From positions 23,719 through 87,718 of the forward strand of contig JBLMYQ010000051.1 of the NCBI GenBank assembly GCA_050258375.1: a stretch of 64,000 nt of DNA, read 5' to 3'. The notes below the pieces were generated by a model, which did not search any database, was not told where the DNA came from, and was given only the letters and a program-made list of their open reading frames with translations. Positions 9,978 to 19,520 of this stretch are shown in pieces. Both the position numbers and the translations under genes were made by a program. Origin of the DNA: Deltaproteobacteria bacterium (GTDB taxonomy: Bacteria; Bacillota; Clostridia; Acetivibrionales; UBA4821). Positions within the stretch are counted from its first letter, which is position 1, and every line of letters begins with the position of its first letter.

Positions 9978-10667
9978 GCTTTCACTGTCTTCAACAATTT
10001 GACCATCATGCACACGTATAATACGCTTCGCCTCAAGAGCGATATTATTATCATGGGTAATCAGTACTATTGTCTGTCCTTGGTCATGCAATTCATGAAG
10101 CATTTTCATAACCTCTTTGCCTGATTTCGAATCCAGATTGCCGGTAGGCTCATCAGCCAGAATAAGAGTTGGATCACCCGCTAATGCTCTTGCTATCGCC
10201 ACTCTCTGCTGCTGTCCACCAGAAAGCTGTGCCGGTCTATGATGCAATCTTTCTCCCAATCCCACTCTCTCCAATGCTTTTAGTGCTTTTTCATATCTTT
10301 CTTTCTTATCCCGCCCTTGATAGACTAAAGGCAGTTCAACATTTTCAACAGCAGTCATTTTGGGAAGCAGATTAAATCCCTGAAAAATAAAACCTATTGT
10401 ATAATTTCTTATCTCTGCCTGCCTGTCTTCATCCAAGCTTCCTATTTCATTGCCATCAAGATAGTATTCTCCGAATGTTGGGACATCAAGGCATCCTATA
10501 ATATTCATCAGCGTTGATTTTCCTGAACCTGATGGACCAATTATTGATACAAATTCTTTTTTTGCTATTGAAATATTGATATCTTTCAGGGCATTAACCT
10601 CAACATCACCCATTTTGTAGACCTTGGAAATGTTAATCATTTCAATTAGCGGTTTATTTGCTTCCAC
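9957..10667 (-). CDS. MacB/LolD-family ABC ATP-binding subunit (YknY-like)
   Basis: [37 protein letters not shown]; probable GTG start at 10667. Confidence 0.95.
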   Translation of the reverse strand: MEANKPLIEMINISKVYKMGDVEVNALKDINISIAKKEFVSIIGPSGSGKSTLMNIIGCLDVPTFGEYYLDGNEIGSLDEDRQAEIRNYTIGFIFQGFNLLPKMTAVENVELPLVYQGRDKKERYEKALKALERVGLGERLHHRPAQLSGGQQQRVAIARALAGDPTLILADEPTGNLDSKSGKEVMKMLHELHDQGQTIVLITHDNNIALEAKRIIRVHDGQIVEDSESSVKCKM

Positions 10668-12432
10668 TTGTTCCACCACCTGTCTTACTGCCGCTGTCAT
10701 TTCTGTTTCTAAACCCGCTTGGAGGTCCGCCGCCATCCATTGGTCCTCCACCCATAGGCATCATAGAATTACGAGAGTTTGTTGAGCTTTTGGTCACAGG
10801 AATATAGACAATATCTCCTTCACTAAGCCCACTTGTGATTTCAATATAATCATCAGCCGTTATCCCAGTTTCAATAATCTTAATTGTCATATCAGAAGTC
10901 ATGTTTTTAGTTATTGATGAAGTGCCAGCTTTTGAATTTGAGCTCTTTCTGGAAGCAGTACTGCTGCTGGAGGATTTTGAGGTTGAGCCCGCCATCTGTC
11001 CAAAAGGTTGATTTTGTTTAAATACAGAAGTATCAACATTTTTTTCACCAGCTTTTTTCTTAGTATATACAAAGCTTCGTCTTCCCATCTTTTGTATTGC
11101 AGATTCAGGAAGAGCCAGCACGCCCTCTTTTTTCTGTATTACTATTTCTGCATTAGCATTCATACCACCCTTGATATTCTGCGGATCAGAAATTTTTATA
11201 ATGACCGGATATGTTGCAACTCCGTTTGTAGAAGTACCCTCGTTCGCAACCTTTGCAACCTCTCCTTTAAAGGTCTGATTTTCCAAAGCATCTATTGTAA
11301 CATTAACCTCCATGCCTACTGATATCTTCGCAATATCAAGCTCGTCAACATCTATTTGGAATTCCATTTGCGTATAATCCGCAACAACAGCAAGTTTGTC
11401 AGCTTTGGTCTCAACGTTGTCTCCAACCTTAATATCTTGAGTCACTATGGTTCCCGTCACAGGAGCATAAACTTTATAGTTCTCCTGCGCTTCAAGCTTG
11501 GAATTCAACTGCACCTGCAAATCAGCCATTTTTATCTGGGCTGAAAGAAGCTGGTCATATAAATCGCTGTTCTCCATTTTGAATAAAACTTGCCCCTCAC
11601 TTACGGTTTGGTTATTTTTTATTTCTACACCGATTACTGTCCCGCTGACATCAGCTTTAACTTTTCTTGAGTTGACATATTCTAAAGCTGAAGAATCCAT
11701 AGACATTTGTCCGTTAATTCTTGCACTAACCTTTATTCCCTCTGCTATAGTTCCAGGATTTTTAATTATTATTTCAACGTCATATACTTTGCCTCCGCCC
11801 TCAACTGCTCTTCCTAATTTATCAACATAGGTAACCTTACCTTCTACAGCCTGCATGTAATCCTGCAAATAAACCTCTGCTTTTTGTCCTGCACTTAGCT
11901 TTTTTGCTTGATTACTTGTAAAAGGAAGTACTGCCAAAAGCTGAGTATTGTCATTTATTGTGCATATCTCTGCGCCTTTATTTATTTGATCACCTTTTTT
12001 TACAGTAAAGTTTATTACCTGCCCTTTAATCGGAGCCTTTTCAGATAAATCAGAAATATTCTTTTGAGCCGATTCCAAATCAGATTGAGCCTGTTTTATA
12101 CTCAACCTTGTTCTTTCTACTTCTTTTACAATATCCTGATTATCAAGCTCAATCATCAAATCGCCTTTTTTAACCTTATCTCCTTCTTTGAAGTTGAGCT
12201 TTGTCACAGTCCCGTCAACCTTTGAGGATATTTCCTGCCTGTATGAGGAAGCAACAGTCCCACCTCCTGAAATAGTTACAGCAATATCTTTTTTTACAAC
12301 CTTAAATTGAGCAAAGTTTGATGCTGCTTTGGATTTGCCTCTAAAGAAGAAGTTATATGTAAGTGCTCCAATTAAGAGCACTATAATACCAATAATGATT
12401 TTCTTTTTATGCTTTTTAAAAAATTGTTTCAC
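10654..12432 (-). CDS. Membrane fusion/periplasmic adaptor protein (HlyD/MacA/YknX-like)
   Basis: N-terminal TM anchor, repeated lipoyl-like half motifs (ISSKVDGTV, KAPIKGQV, KADVSGTV, YAPVTGTI), coiled coils, IEITSGLSEGD. Confidence 0.9.
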   Translation of the reverse strand: MKQFFKKHKKKIIIGIIVLLIGALTYNFFFRGKSKAASNFAQFKVVKKDIAVTISGGGTVASSYRQEISSKVDGTVTKLNFKEGDKVKKGDLMIELDNQDIVKEVERTRLSIKQAQSDLESAQKNISDLSEKAPIKGQVINFTVKKGDQINKGAEICTINDNTQLLAVLPFTSNQAKKLSAGQKAEVYLQDYMQAVEGKVTYVDKLGRAVEGGGKVYDVEIIIKNPGTIAEGIKVSARINGQMSMDSSALEYVNSRKVKADVSGTVIGVEIKNNQTVSEGQVLFKMENSDLYDQLLSAQIKMADLQVQLNSKLEAQENYKVYAPVTGTIVTQDIKVGDNVETKADKLAVVADYTQMEFQIDVDELDIAKISVGMEVNVTIDALENQTFKGEVAKVANEGTSTNGVATYPVIIKISDPQNIKGGMNANAEIVIQKKEGVLALPESAIQKMGRRSFVYTKKKAGEKNVDTSVFKQNQPFGQMAGSTSKSSSSSTASRKSSNSKAGTSSITKNMTSDMTIKIIETGITADDYIEITSGLSEGDIVYIPVTKSSTNSRNSMMPMGGGPMDGGGPPSGFRNRNDSGSKTGGGTSGSK

Positions 12433-12448
12433 CGGCTGCTGCCTCCCC

Positions 12449-13393
12449 TTATTCTCTCTTTTTACCGCAATTTACACAATAATTCCATTCAAAATTCATC
12501 ATACTTTCACACGAATCGCACTTAATTTTTAAAGCATTACCGCATTGATAGCAGTAATTTGCTTCCTTTGTAACCTCAGCTTTACAATTACTGCAAAAGC
12601 TTAATCTTTTTCTTACTATTAAATAAATTATAAACCCAATCAAACCTGTAAATAAGGTAATCAATCCCCATACTATTTGCTGCAATCCTCTTTTTTTGCT
12701 GTCATCATATACCCAGACTGCAAGAAGTACCCAGAAAATCAATATTAACAATCTTAATACCTGATGTGATACAAAGAACATATCTATCATTTTATTTTCC
12801 TCAAAACGTCCGCTAATAAAGTAAATTTTCATGGATTTGCCAGATATATCAAAGCTGCTAATGAAATCAGGATTTCTCTTTGCGCCTCTATGCATGTCAT
12901 CAAACGGCTCTATAGAATTTCTTCTGTTCGGGCTATTCTCAAAGCCTCTTTCAGCCTGCGAATCCGAGGGAGGGATCAATGAAAAGATTTCTCTTTTTGG
13001 AATTGGCATAAATCTTCCCGGTCCTTTTTTCATGCGGTACATACCGGGCTGCTGCTCATCCTTTAAAATATCGAATATGCTTTCTCCCTGAACATATTGC
13101 TCATTTGCCTTATAGACAATATTTCCTTTTTCATCACACAAAATTATATTTTTAGTTCTAGGATAGTCCTTCATGAAGCTAGCAATAGCTGTTTTAGCTT
13201 CATTAGATAATCCCTTTGCCTGTATTATTGAATTTATTTCTGCAATATCTTTTTTCTCTTTTTTGGCTTGCTGTATGTTAATAAACCCGGCTAAAAATCC
13301 ACTTAGAAATAAAATAATAATTAAAATTCCAACAAACTTTAATATATTGGTTAATGAAAAATACCTCTTAAAGTTTTTTAGCATTGTTCCCAC
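12449..13393 (-). CDS. Membrane protein with PLDc_N-like hairpin and C-terminal double zinc ribbon
   Basis: WVYDDSKKRG...GLIGFIIYLIVR followed by four CxxC motifs (CSNC, CYQC, CDSC, CVNC). Confidence 0.8.
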   Translation of the reverse strand: MGTMLKNFKRYFSLTNILKFVGILIIILFLSGFLAGFINIQQAKKEKKDIAEINSIIQAKGLSNEAKTAIASFMKDYPRTKNIILCDEKGNIVYKANEQYVQGESIFDILKDEQQPGMYRMKKGPGRFMPIPKREIFSLIPPSDSQAERGFENSPNRRNSIEPFDDMHRGAKRNPDFISSFDISGKSMKIYFISGRFEENKMIDMFFVSHQVLRLLILIFWVLLAVWVYDDSKKRGLQQIVWGLITLFTGLIGFIIYLIVRKRLSFCSNCKAEVTKEANYCYQCGNALKIKCDSCESMMNFEWNYCVNCGKKRE

Positions 13394-13432
13394 CCCTTCT
13401 TAATAATCAATATTGATTTTAAATTGCCTTAT

Positions 13433-13795
13433 TTATATAATCCTCTCTCTTAATTCTATTTCATGGCTGTTAGAACCATTAGCTAGAATTGCTTTAAAAA
13501 TTACCCATACCAGTGCCGAAAATATTGCTATCGTTAAGCCTATGCCTGCAAATTCTACTATCTCACTGCTGTAATCAATATAATCAGGAAACAGAATTAC
13601 TCCCCCAATGAACAATGTAATAACACAACCAATAATAAATATAATCATTTGCGTAATATTATTCTGACGTCTTTTTATTTCTTCGCATTTGTGTAGGATT
13701 ACCGGTTTTAATTTTTGTATAAGTAATTCAGTGTTAACAGTCTCCGTACTATGAAAATGATTTTTTATCATTTCTTCCATTTCATCATTGTTCAT
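13433..13795 (-). CDS. Small 2-TM protein, putative anti-sigma factor
   Basis: Overlaps the ECF sigma stop; two hydrophobic helices; role inferred from position. Confidence 0.6.
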   Translation of the reverse strand: MNNDEMEEMIKNHFHSTETVNTELLIQKLKPVILHKCEEIKRRQNNITQMIIFIIGCVITLFIGGVILFPDYIDYSSEIVEFAGIGLTIAIFSALVWVIFKAILANGSNSHEIELRERII

Positions 13796-14348
13796 TAAAA
13801 TTCACTCCCTTCGCCCCAAGTTTCTTTCTTATTTTTTCTATTGCATAATGCAGCTTTCCTTTAACCTTCTCCGGCGTACTTTTAACAATTTCAGAAATCT
13901 CCTTGTAGCTAAAATCCATATAATATTTTAAAATGACAATTGATTTTAATTCCGGACTCAAAGCATCAATTGCTGTATTAATACTATTTACTGCTTCATT
14001 TTTTAATACTATATCTTCAACTCTGTCATCACTATCGGGAACCGAAATTTCTTCATCATCTATTGATACCGTTTCTCTTATTCTTCCTTTTCTTATCTCA
14101 TCGGTTATGGTATTCCTTGCAATTGTAAACAACCATGTTGAAAATTTAGAGTTTGACTGCAGCTTATATGTATTTATATTTTTTATCATTTTTATAAAGG
14201 TTTCCTGTACTATATCCTCAGTTAATTGCTGGTTTTCAACATAATTAAAAATAAAATTATGAAGGTGCTGATGATACCTTTGAATAAGAATCTCAAAAGC
14301 ATATTCTTCTCCCTGCTTACATAACTCAACTAATTTCTCATCGGTCAA
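13785..14348 (-). CDS. ECF RNA polymerase sigma factor
   Basis: EDIVQETF, FSTWLFTIARN, SYKEISEI, KVKGKL (regions 2 and 4); TTG start after GGGAGG. Confidence 0.95.
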   Translation of the reverse strand: MTDEKLVELCKQGEEYAFEILIQRYHQHLHNFIFNYVENQQLTEDIVQETFIKMIKNINTYKLQSNSKFSTWLFTIARNTITDEIRKGRIRETVSIDDEEISVPDSDDRVEDIVLKNEAVNSINTAIDALSPELKSIVILKYYMDFSYKEISEIVKSTPEKVKGKLHYAIEKIRKKLGAKGVNFNEQ

Positions 14349-14379
14349 AACAGCACCTCCCTTCCTCTCTATTATTTTA

Positions 14380-14403
14380 AACGTATATAAATAAAAAAAG
14401 TTG
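14380..14403 (-). promoter_or_regulatory. Putative autoregulatory ECF promoter
   Basis: CAAC-N16-CGTT, the AAC/CGT ECF consensus, about 30 bp upstream of the sigma start. Confidence 0.65.
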
Positions 14404-14417
14404 AAAATTTTTTATTA

Positions 14418-14957
14418 TTAGCCCACCTTTTCTTTATATACAGAATGCGATTTGTTTTGCATCAGCTTTCCGGTTACTTCTCTTATCTCGCTTACAGACA
14501 TGGTTATATTTGTATTGAATTCAGTAAGAATTCCATTTAGTTTTTCATAGTCTTTTCTTTTAATTATAATATTTATAACCAATCTTCCCTTTCCCTTCAT
14601 ACCATAACCAATATAGGTTGTTACAGAATAGCCTTGGCTTCTTAAGCAGTCAGCAATTTCCTTGCCTTTTTCCCTTCCTGCATATACCGTTATCTCCAAA
14701 AGACCTATTGCCATCTTTTTTTCTATCGCATCTGCAAGATATATACCAAAAACCTTTCCAAGTGCAAATGCCAGAATGTAAGAAATATCCGATGAATCAC
14801 TAACCATTTTAACCGTATATGAAAACAATAATGCATCGCTAAATACTACAAAATATGTAGGCCTTATCATCTGCTTTGAGATAAATAACGTTTTTAGCGT
14901 ACCCAGGCAGTTGCTTACAGCATTAAGCAGAAATATAATTATTAAATTTGCTATCAT
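14418..14957 (-). CDS. UPF0316/DUF2179-type membrane protein with PII-like C-terminal domain
   Basis: N-terminal TM helices, AFALGKVFG, LRSQGYSVT..GYG..G.R motif. Confidence 0.75.
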   Translation of the reverse strand: MIANLIIIFLLNAVSNCLGTLKTLFISKQMIRPTYFVVFSDALLFSYTVKMVSDSSDISYILAFALGKVFGIYLADAIEKKMAIGLLEITVYAGREKGKEIADCLRSQGYSVTTYIGYGMKGKGRLVINIIIKRKDYEKLNGILTEFNTNITMSVSEIREVTGKLMQNKSHSVYKEKVG

Positions 14958-14980
14958 TTTTTCACTCCTTTCTTTGAATC

Positions 14981-15007
14981 AAAAAAGTCTGACATATATG
15001 CCAGACT
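14981..15007 (-). terminator. Intrinsic terminator inside the 5' leader of the DUF2179 gene (attenuator candidate)
   Basis: AGTCTGGCA-tata-TGTCAGACT-TTTTT about 24 nt before the ATG; the upstream gene is divergent. Confidence 0.65.
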
Positions 15008-15126
15008 CTTCAAAATGCTTTTTAAGTTTTCTATTTTAATAATAATTTAGTTCTTCCCTCCAAAATTTTATCAAATCAAACCCCAAACAAAAGCTGTAGC
15101 ATACACATATATTTTCGCTGAAATAT

Positions 15127-15155
15127 ATATTAGCATAAACTTCATATTATGTAAA
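15127..15155 (-). promoter_or_regulatory. Putative sigma-A promoter of the DUF2179 leader
   Basis: TTTACA-N17-TAATAT with extended -10 TG. Confidence 0.45.
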
Positions 15156-15265
15156 ATTAAATCCATATTACAGGCAACCAGAACGCACTTTCTAAATTTG
15201 AAGAATATTATTCCAATGCATTGTGAAAACAAGTTATACTTACTAACGTAAAATCCAAGTAGCTC

Positions 15266-15447
15266 AAGACCCCTCTATCTCCCCTTTAAAAGGGGACGAA
15301 AAGCTTGTATCTGAAGGGATATAGGAATGAATAATAATGACTTGAAGAAAAGAGAATTAATTGAAAAAAAGATAAATGAAGCTTGTATTGGATTTTCTGT
15401 ATAGAGCTACTTTTCGCTCCCTTTTGAAGGGAGGAAAGGAGGGTCTT
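15266..15447. mobile_element. REPIN/MITE-like element, type B (inverted hairpin ends)
   Basis: Left end AAGACCCCTCTATCTCCCCTTTAAAAGGGGACGAAAAG; right end reverse-complemented AAGACCCTCCTTTCCTCCCTTCAAAAGGGAGCGAAAAG. Confidence 0.7.
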
Positions 15448-15501
15448 TTTATACCATATATGGTTACATACAGAGAATATCGCCCGCCATCATCACTTTA
15501 A

Positions 15502-15530
15502 TTGACGCTATGTTAAAATTATGGTAATCT
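15502..15530 (+). promoter_or_regulatory. Putative sigma-A promoter of the MBOAT operon
   Basis: TTGACG-N17-TAATCT with extended -10 TG. Confidence 0.45.
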
Positions 15531-15623
15531 TGATTAAGGTTTCTACTATTATAATGCAGCAGTTTTGAATTGATTATAAATGTAAATCTAATAAAATTGG
15601 CAGATAAATATGGAGGGTCTGGG

Positions 15624-17138
15624 TTGCTATTTAATTCTATATCTTTTTTGATTTTTTTTCCAATTGTTACTATATTATATTTTTTTATTCCGCATAAATA
15701 CAGGTGGTTTTTATTACTGACAGCAAGCTGTATTTTTTATATGACTTTCATTCCAATATATATACTAATATTAGCAGTCACAATATTAATTGACTATTTT
15801 GCAGGCATACTTATAGAGAAAGAAGCAGGTAAAAAGAAAAAACTTTATCTTATTATCAGCATTCTTTCTACCTGTCTTGTTTTATTCATTTTCAAATATT
15901 TTAATTTCTTTAATGCAAATATGCAAAAGCTTGCTGAATTTTTACACTGGAATTATTCAATAGGCTCTTTATCTCTTATACTTCCTATAGGGCTTTCGTT
16001 TCATACTTTCCAAAGCTTAAGCTATGTTATAGAAGTTTACCGGGGAAATCAAAAAGCAGAAAAGAATTTCGGAATTTACGCATTATATGTTATGTTCTAC
16101 CCTCAGCTTGTTGCAGGACCTATCGAAAGACCGCAAAATCTTCTGCATCAATTTTATGAAGAGCATTATTTTGATTATAAAAGGGTTACCGATGGGCTTA
16201 AGCTTATGGCCTGGGGTATGTTTAAAAAGGTTGTAGTGGCTGACAGACTTGCAGTATATGTAGATATTGTTTATAAAAACCCTTCAGCCTTTGACGGCAT
16301 ATCCTTAATCATTGCTACTATTTTCTTTGCTTTCCAGATATACGCTGATTTTTCAGGCTATTCAGATGTTGCTATTGGCTCAGCTCAGGTCATGGGCTTC
16401 AAACTGATGACAAACTTCAACAGACCATATTATTCAAAATCAATATCCGAGTTCTGGAAAAGATGGCATATCTCCCTGTCAACCTGGTTCAGGGATTATC
16501 TTTACATTCCTCTTGGAGGCAACAGAGTAGCAAAATGGAGATGGCAGCTAAACCTCTTTATCGTATTTCTAGTTAGTGGATTGTGGCATGGAGCAAATTG
16601 GACCTATGTAATTTGGGGAGCACTTCATGGTTTCTATCTTGTATTTTCAATATGGACCCAAAAAATCAGAGACTTTATGGTGAATATTTTCAAGCTCAAG
16701 AAAGTGCCTGCCGTACATAAATTTATTCAAGTAGCAATAACTTTTTCTCTTGTATGCTTTGCCTGGATATTCTTCAGGGCAACAAGCATATCAAGTGCCA
16801 TGTATATAGTTACACACCTACACGTAAATTTAGCAAACGATTTGGCAGCCTTTGCGCATTCAATATACCTCAGCTTTCAGTCGGGAAAAATGCTAGTCGA
16901 TTTCACCCCAATCACAGGTCAACTATTATGGCTGCAAACAGAAATGACTTTTAAGATAGCCGTGATTTCGATTATTGCAATGGAGACAATACATTTTATA
17001 CAAAGAAGAGGAAGCATACGTAATAGAATATCCCAATTACCTGCTGTAGTGAGATGGAGCGGATACTTCCTTCTGATGTTCAGCATATGGATGTTTGGTT
17101 ATTTTTCTAACCAGAATTTTATATATTTCCAGTTTTAA
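15624..17138 (+). CDS. MBOAT O-acyltransferase (AlgI/PatA/DltB family)
   Basis: PIGLSFHTFQ, FYPQLVAGPIER, DFSGYSD, FWKRWHISLSTWFRDY, LWHGA; TTG start after GGAGG. Confidence 0.95.
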   Translation: MLFNSISFLIFFPIVTILYFFIPHKYRWFLLLTASCIFYMTFIPIYILILAVTILIDYFAGILIEKEAGKKKKLYLIISILSTCLVLFIFKYFNFFNANMQKLAEFLHWNYSIGSLSLILPIGLSFHTFQSLSYVIEVYRGNQKAEKNFGIYALYVMFYPQLVAGPIERPQNLLHQFYEEHYFDYKRVTDGLKLMAWGMFKKVVVADRLAVYVDIVYKNPSAFDGISLIIATIFFAFQIYADFSGYSDVAIGSAQVMGFKLMTNFNRPYYSKSISEFWKRWHISLSTWFRDYLYIPLGGNRVAKWRWQLNLFIVFLVSGLWHGANWTYVIWGALHGFYLVFSIWTQKIRDFMVNIFKLKKVPAVHKFIQVAITFSLVCFAWIFFRATSISSAMYIVTHLHVNLANDLAAFAHSIYLSFQSGKMLVDFTPITGQLLWLQTEMTFKIAVISIIAMETIHFIQRRGSIRNRISQLPAVVRWSGYFLLMFSIWMFGYFSNQNFIYFQF

Positions 17139-17158
17139 CAAAGGGAGCGAAATTATAC

Positions 17159-18259
17159 ATGCAGAGAAAATCAGTAATAGAATTTGTATTGAAGGTATTA
17201 TTATTATCGTTAAGTCTGCCAATTGTTGTTTTTATAAATTACACTGTTGATCCTCTTCAGTTTTATAGAAAGATGACAATAATGAAGCCAATTCTCTATG
17301 ACCAGGAACGCTATCAGAATCCGGGACTTGCTAAAAATTATCCATATGATACGGTAATCATCGGAACTTCAATGACTGAAAATATTTCTCCCAAATATAT
17401 AAAGCAGAAAATGGGTTTGAATTGCATAAAGCTGCCCATCGCAGGTTCAACCATAAAAGAACAGAATATGATTTTAAATGTAGCTGTAAAAACCGGAAAA
17501 GTAAAGAATGCCATATGGGGTCTTGACTTTTCCAGCTTCAAAGGCACTCCCGGCACTGTGAGAGACGAAGATGTAGCCTTTCCGTACTTTCTTTATGATG
17601 ATGACCTGTTAAATGATTATAAATATCTGGTTAATTGCAATACAACCGAACAGCTTATCAATATCCTGCAAGCCAACCTCACACACAAACAACTTGATAT
17701 AAATCAAATGCTTGAAAACTATAGGCGGTGGGATATTAACTGCACATTCAGTAAAAAGAATGCAATAAATGGATATAAAGATATAGTAAAAAATATAACT
17801 AAAGAAAAAAGAATAGGTTTTGAGTGGAATAATTTAAAGAAAAACATTGATAATAATTTTATCAGCATGGTGAAAAGCCATCCTGAAGTGAAATTTTATG
17901 TGTTTTTTACTCCTTCCTCCATACTAGCCCATAAATACTTTAATGAATTATCACCAGATATTTTTGAGAACGAGCTTAAATCCAAAAAGTATATCGTCAA
18001 GCAGTGTGAAGCCCTTAAAAACGTAAAAATATATGATTTTCAGAGTACAAAAGAAATTATTTTCAATCTTGATTATTATACAGATCAGTCACACCACAAT
18101 AATAAAGTAAATAAAATAATAATTGATTCTCTAGCAGAAGGGAAGAATGTTGTCACAAATAAAAACATTGACCATAATCTGATGCTTTTAAAAAGCTGGG
18201 TTAAAAATCTTAAAGTAGGCAATAACGATATTAGGCTTATTGATTCAACAATACATTAG
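17159..18259 (+). CDS. Membrane-anchored SGNH-like acyltransferase partner (DltD/AlgJ/PatB-like)
   Basis: N-terminal TM helix, IIGTSM serine motif, C-terminal DQSH (DxxH), directly after the MBOAT gene. Confidence 0.75.
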   Translation: MQRKSVIEFVLKVLLLSLSLPIVVFINYTVDPLQFYRKMTIMKPILYDQERYQNPGLAKNYPYDTVIIGTSMTENISPKYIKQKMGLNCIKLPIAGSTIKEQNMILNVAVKTGKVKNAIWGLDFSSFKGTPGTVRDEDVAFPYFLYDDDLLNDYKYLVNCNTTEQLINILQANLTHKQLDINQMLENYRRWDINCTFSKKNAINGYKDIVKNITKEKRIGFEWNNLKKNIDNNFISMVKSHPEVKFYVFFTPSSILAHKYFNELSPDIFENELKSKKYIVKQCEALKNVKIYDFQSTKEIIFNLDYYTDQSHHNNKVNKIIIDSLAEGKNVVTNKNIDHNLMLLKSWVKNLKVGNNDIRLIDSTIH

Positions 18260-18265
18260 TTATTA

Positions 18266-18294
18266 AAGTGGTGGGTATAAAATACCCACCACTT
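18266..18294. terminator. Hairpin between convergent genes
   Basis: AAGTGGTGGGTAT-aaa-ATACCCACCACTT. Confidence 0.75.
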
Positions 18295-18323
18295 CATATT
18301 TAGAGAACCAGCTTTAAAGGAAG

Positions 18324-18986
18324 CTATTGTGCCTTATATTCAATAATTTTATTTAATGCTTCAATTATTCCGTTAAGCTTATCTATTCTGGTTTTTTGGA
18401 CTTCAAGTACATTGTTAAGTCCATTTTTCATTTTTTCACTGTCTTTATTCTTTTTTGCCATAGCCATATCCAGGCATTCCTCTTTAACCTTTCCAGTTGT
18501 TTCAGCTATTTCAACCCTGTCGTCCCTAAGCTGTGCAAGTAAATCCTTAAGTTCATCAACTGTTTCTTGAGTGAGGTTCTCTTTATCCTTTACTATTTCT
18601 TTGATTCTTGCTTTTGCCTTGGTATGAAGGTCTTTGATTTTAATTTTCAAACCTTTTATTGTTTCTCTATTTGCTTTTATTTGGTCTTTAATTGCTTTGA
18701 AATCAGCCTTTAATGCATCTTTTTTAGCTTTAGCTTCTTGTTTCTGTACCTTAATAGCTTCTTTCGCTTCAACTCTTTTAGCCTTTTCAGCTTGTTTTTG
18801 AATCCGAGATGCTTTCTTATCTTTTTCTTTGGCAACAGGAGCTGAATCTTCATCTGCTACTGGCGTGCTGCTAACCACTGCATCTGTAGAAGTATTTGCT
18901 GATGCTTGTGTTTCAGTCTCTGCAAATACTGCAGCTGAGCTGATTAATATGCAAAATGTTATAATAATCGATAATAATTTTTTCAT
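18324..18986 (-). CDS. Secreted Lys/Glu-rich coiled-coil protein
   Basis: Signal peptide ending VFA; charged helical body. Confidence 0.75.
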   Translation of the reverse strand: MKKLLSIIITFCILISSAAVFAETETQASANTSTDAVVSSTPVADEDSAPVAKEKDKKASRIQKQAEKAKRVEAKEAIKVQKQEAKAKKDALKADFKAIKDQIKANRETIKGLKIKIKDLHTKAKARIKEIVKDKENLTQETVDELKDLLAQLRDDRVEIAETTGKVKEECLDMAMAKKNKDSEKMKNGLNNVLEVQKTRIDKLNGIIEALNKIIEYKAQ

Positions 18987-19014
18987 AGTAATTAATCTCC
19001 TTTCATTATTTGAA

Positions 19015-19434
19015 CTATTCTGCTAAATCTGTATCGCTCACTTCATCTAGCTTTTCAACATCTTTTAACATTACACTGATTTCACTATCAAGATCTTTAA
19101 GTACCTTTTCCTTTTCTGCACTGGATACTGCATTGTCAGATTTGGTTATTACGCTTATGTTATTCTGTTTTGTTGGAGCCTTTTCTCCTTTTGGAAGCTT
19201 GTTCCCGCTGACTGTCGACTTGTCTGCGAGGTTTCCATCAGATGTTTTAGCATCCGGATTTGTTTTAAGCTCTTCAGCTTTTTCAGGTGAAGCCGGCTGA
19301 TTTGCCACCTGATTTTGAAGTGATTCAGGTTTTACGGCTGATTTGCTTCCTTCGGTATTATTTACTGCGCCTCCGCAGGCTGTAAGGGTAACTGTTAATA
19401 TTAACAATAAAGTAGGTAAAAATAATTTTTTCAT
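19015..19434 (-). CDS. Lipoprotein of unknown function
   Basis: Lipobox LTAC; RBS GAGGAGG. Confidence 0.8.
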   Translation of the reverse strand: MKKLFLPTLLLILTVTLTACGGAVNNTEGSKSAVKPESLQNQVANQPASPEKAEELKTNPDAKTSDGNLADKSTVSGNKLPKGEKAPTKQNNISVITKSDNAVSSAEKEKVLKDLDSEISVMLKDVEKLDEVSDTDLAE

Positions 19435-19520
19435 TTTATTCCTCCTCATATTTTGTTTTCTGTTTCGCACCCTATATTCTTATATTAGCCCCTGATTGTG
19501 AACTAAAATTAGGGTAATTG

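Noticed and set aside
9957-10751. Long overlap between the ATPase ORF and the adaptor gene
   Set aside because: Artefact of longest-ORF calling; the probable start is GTG 10667
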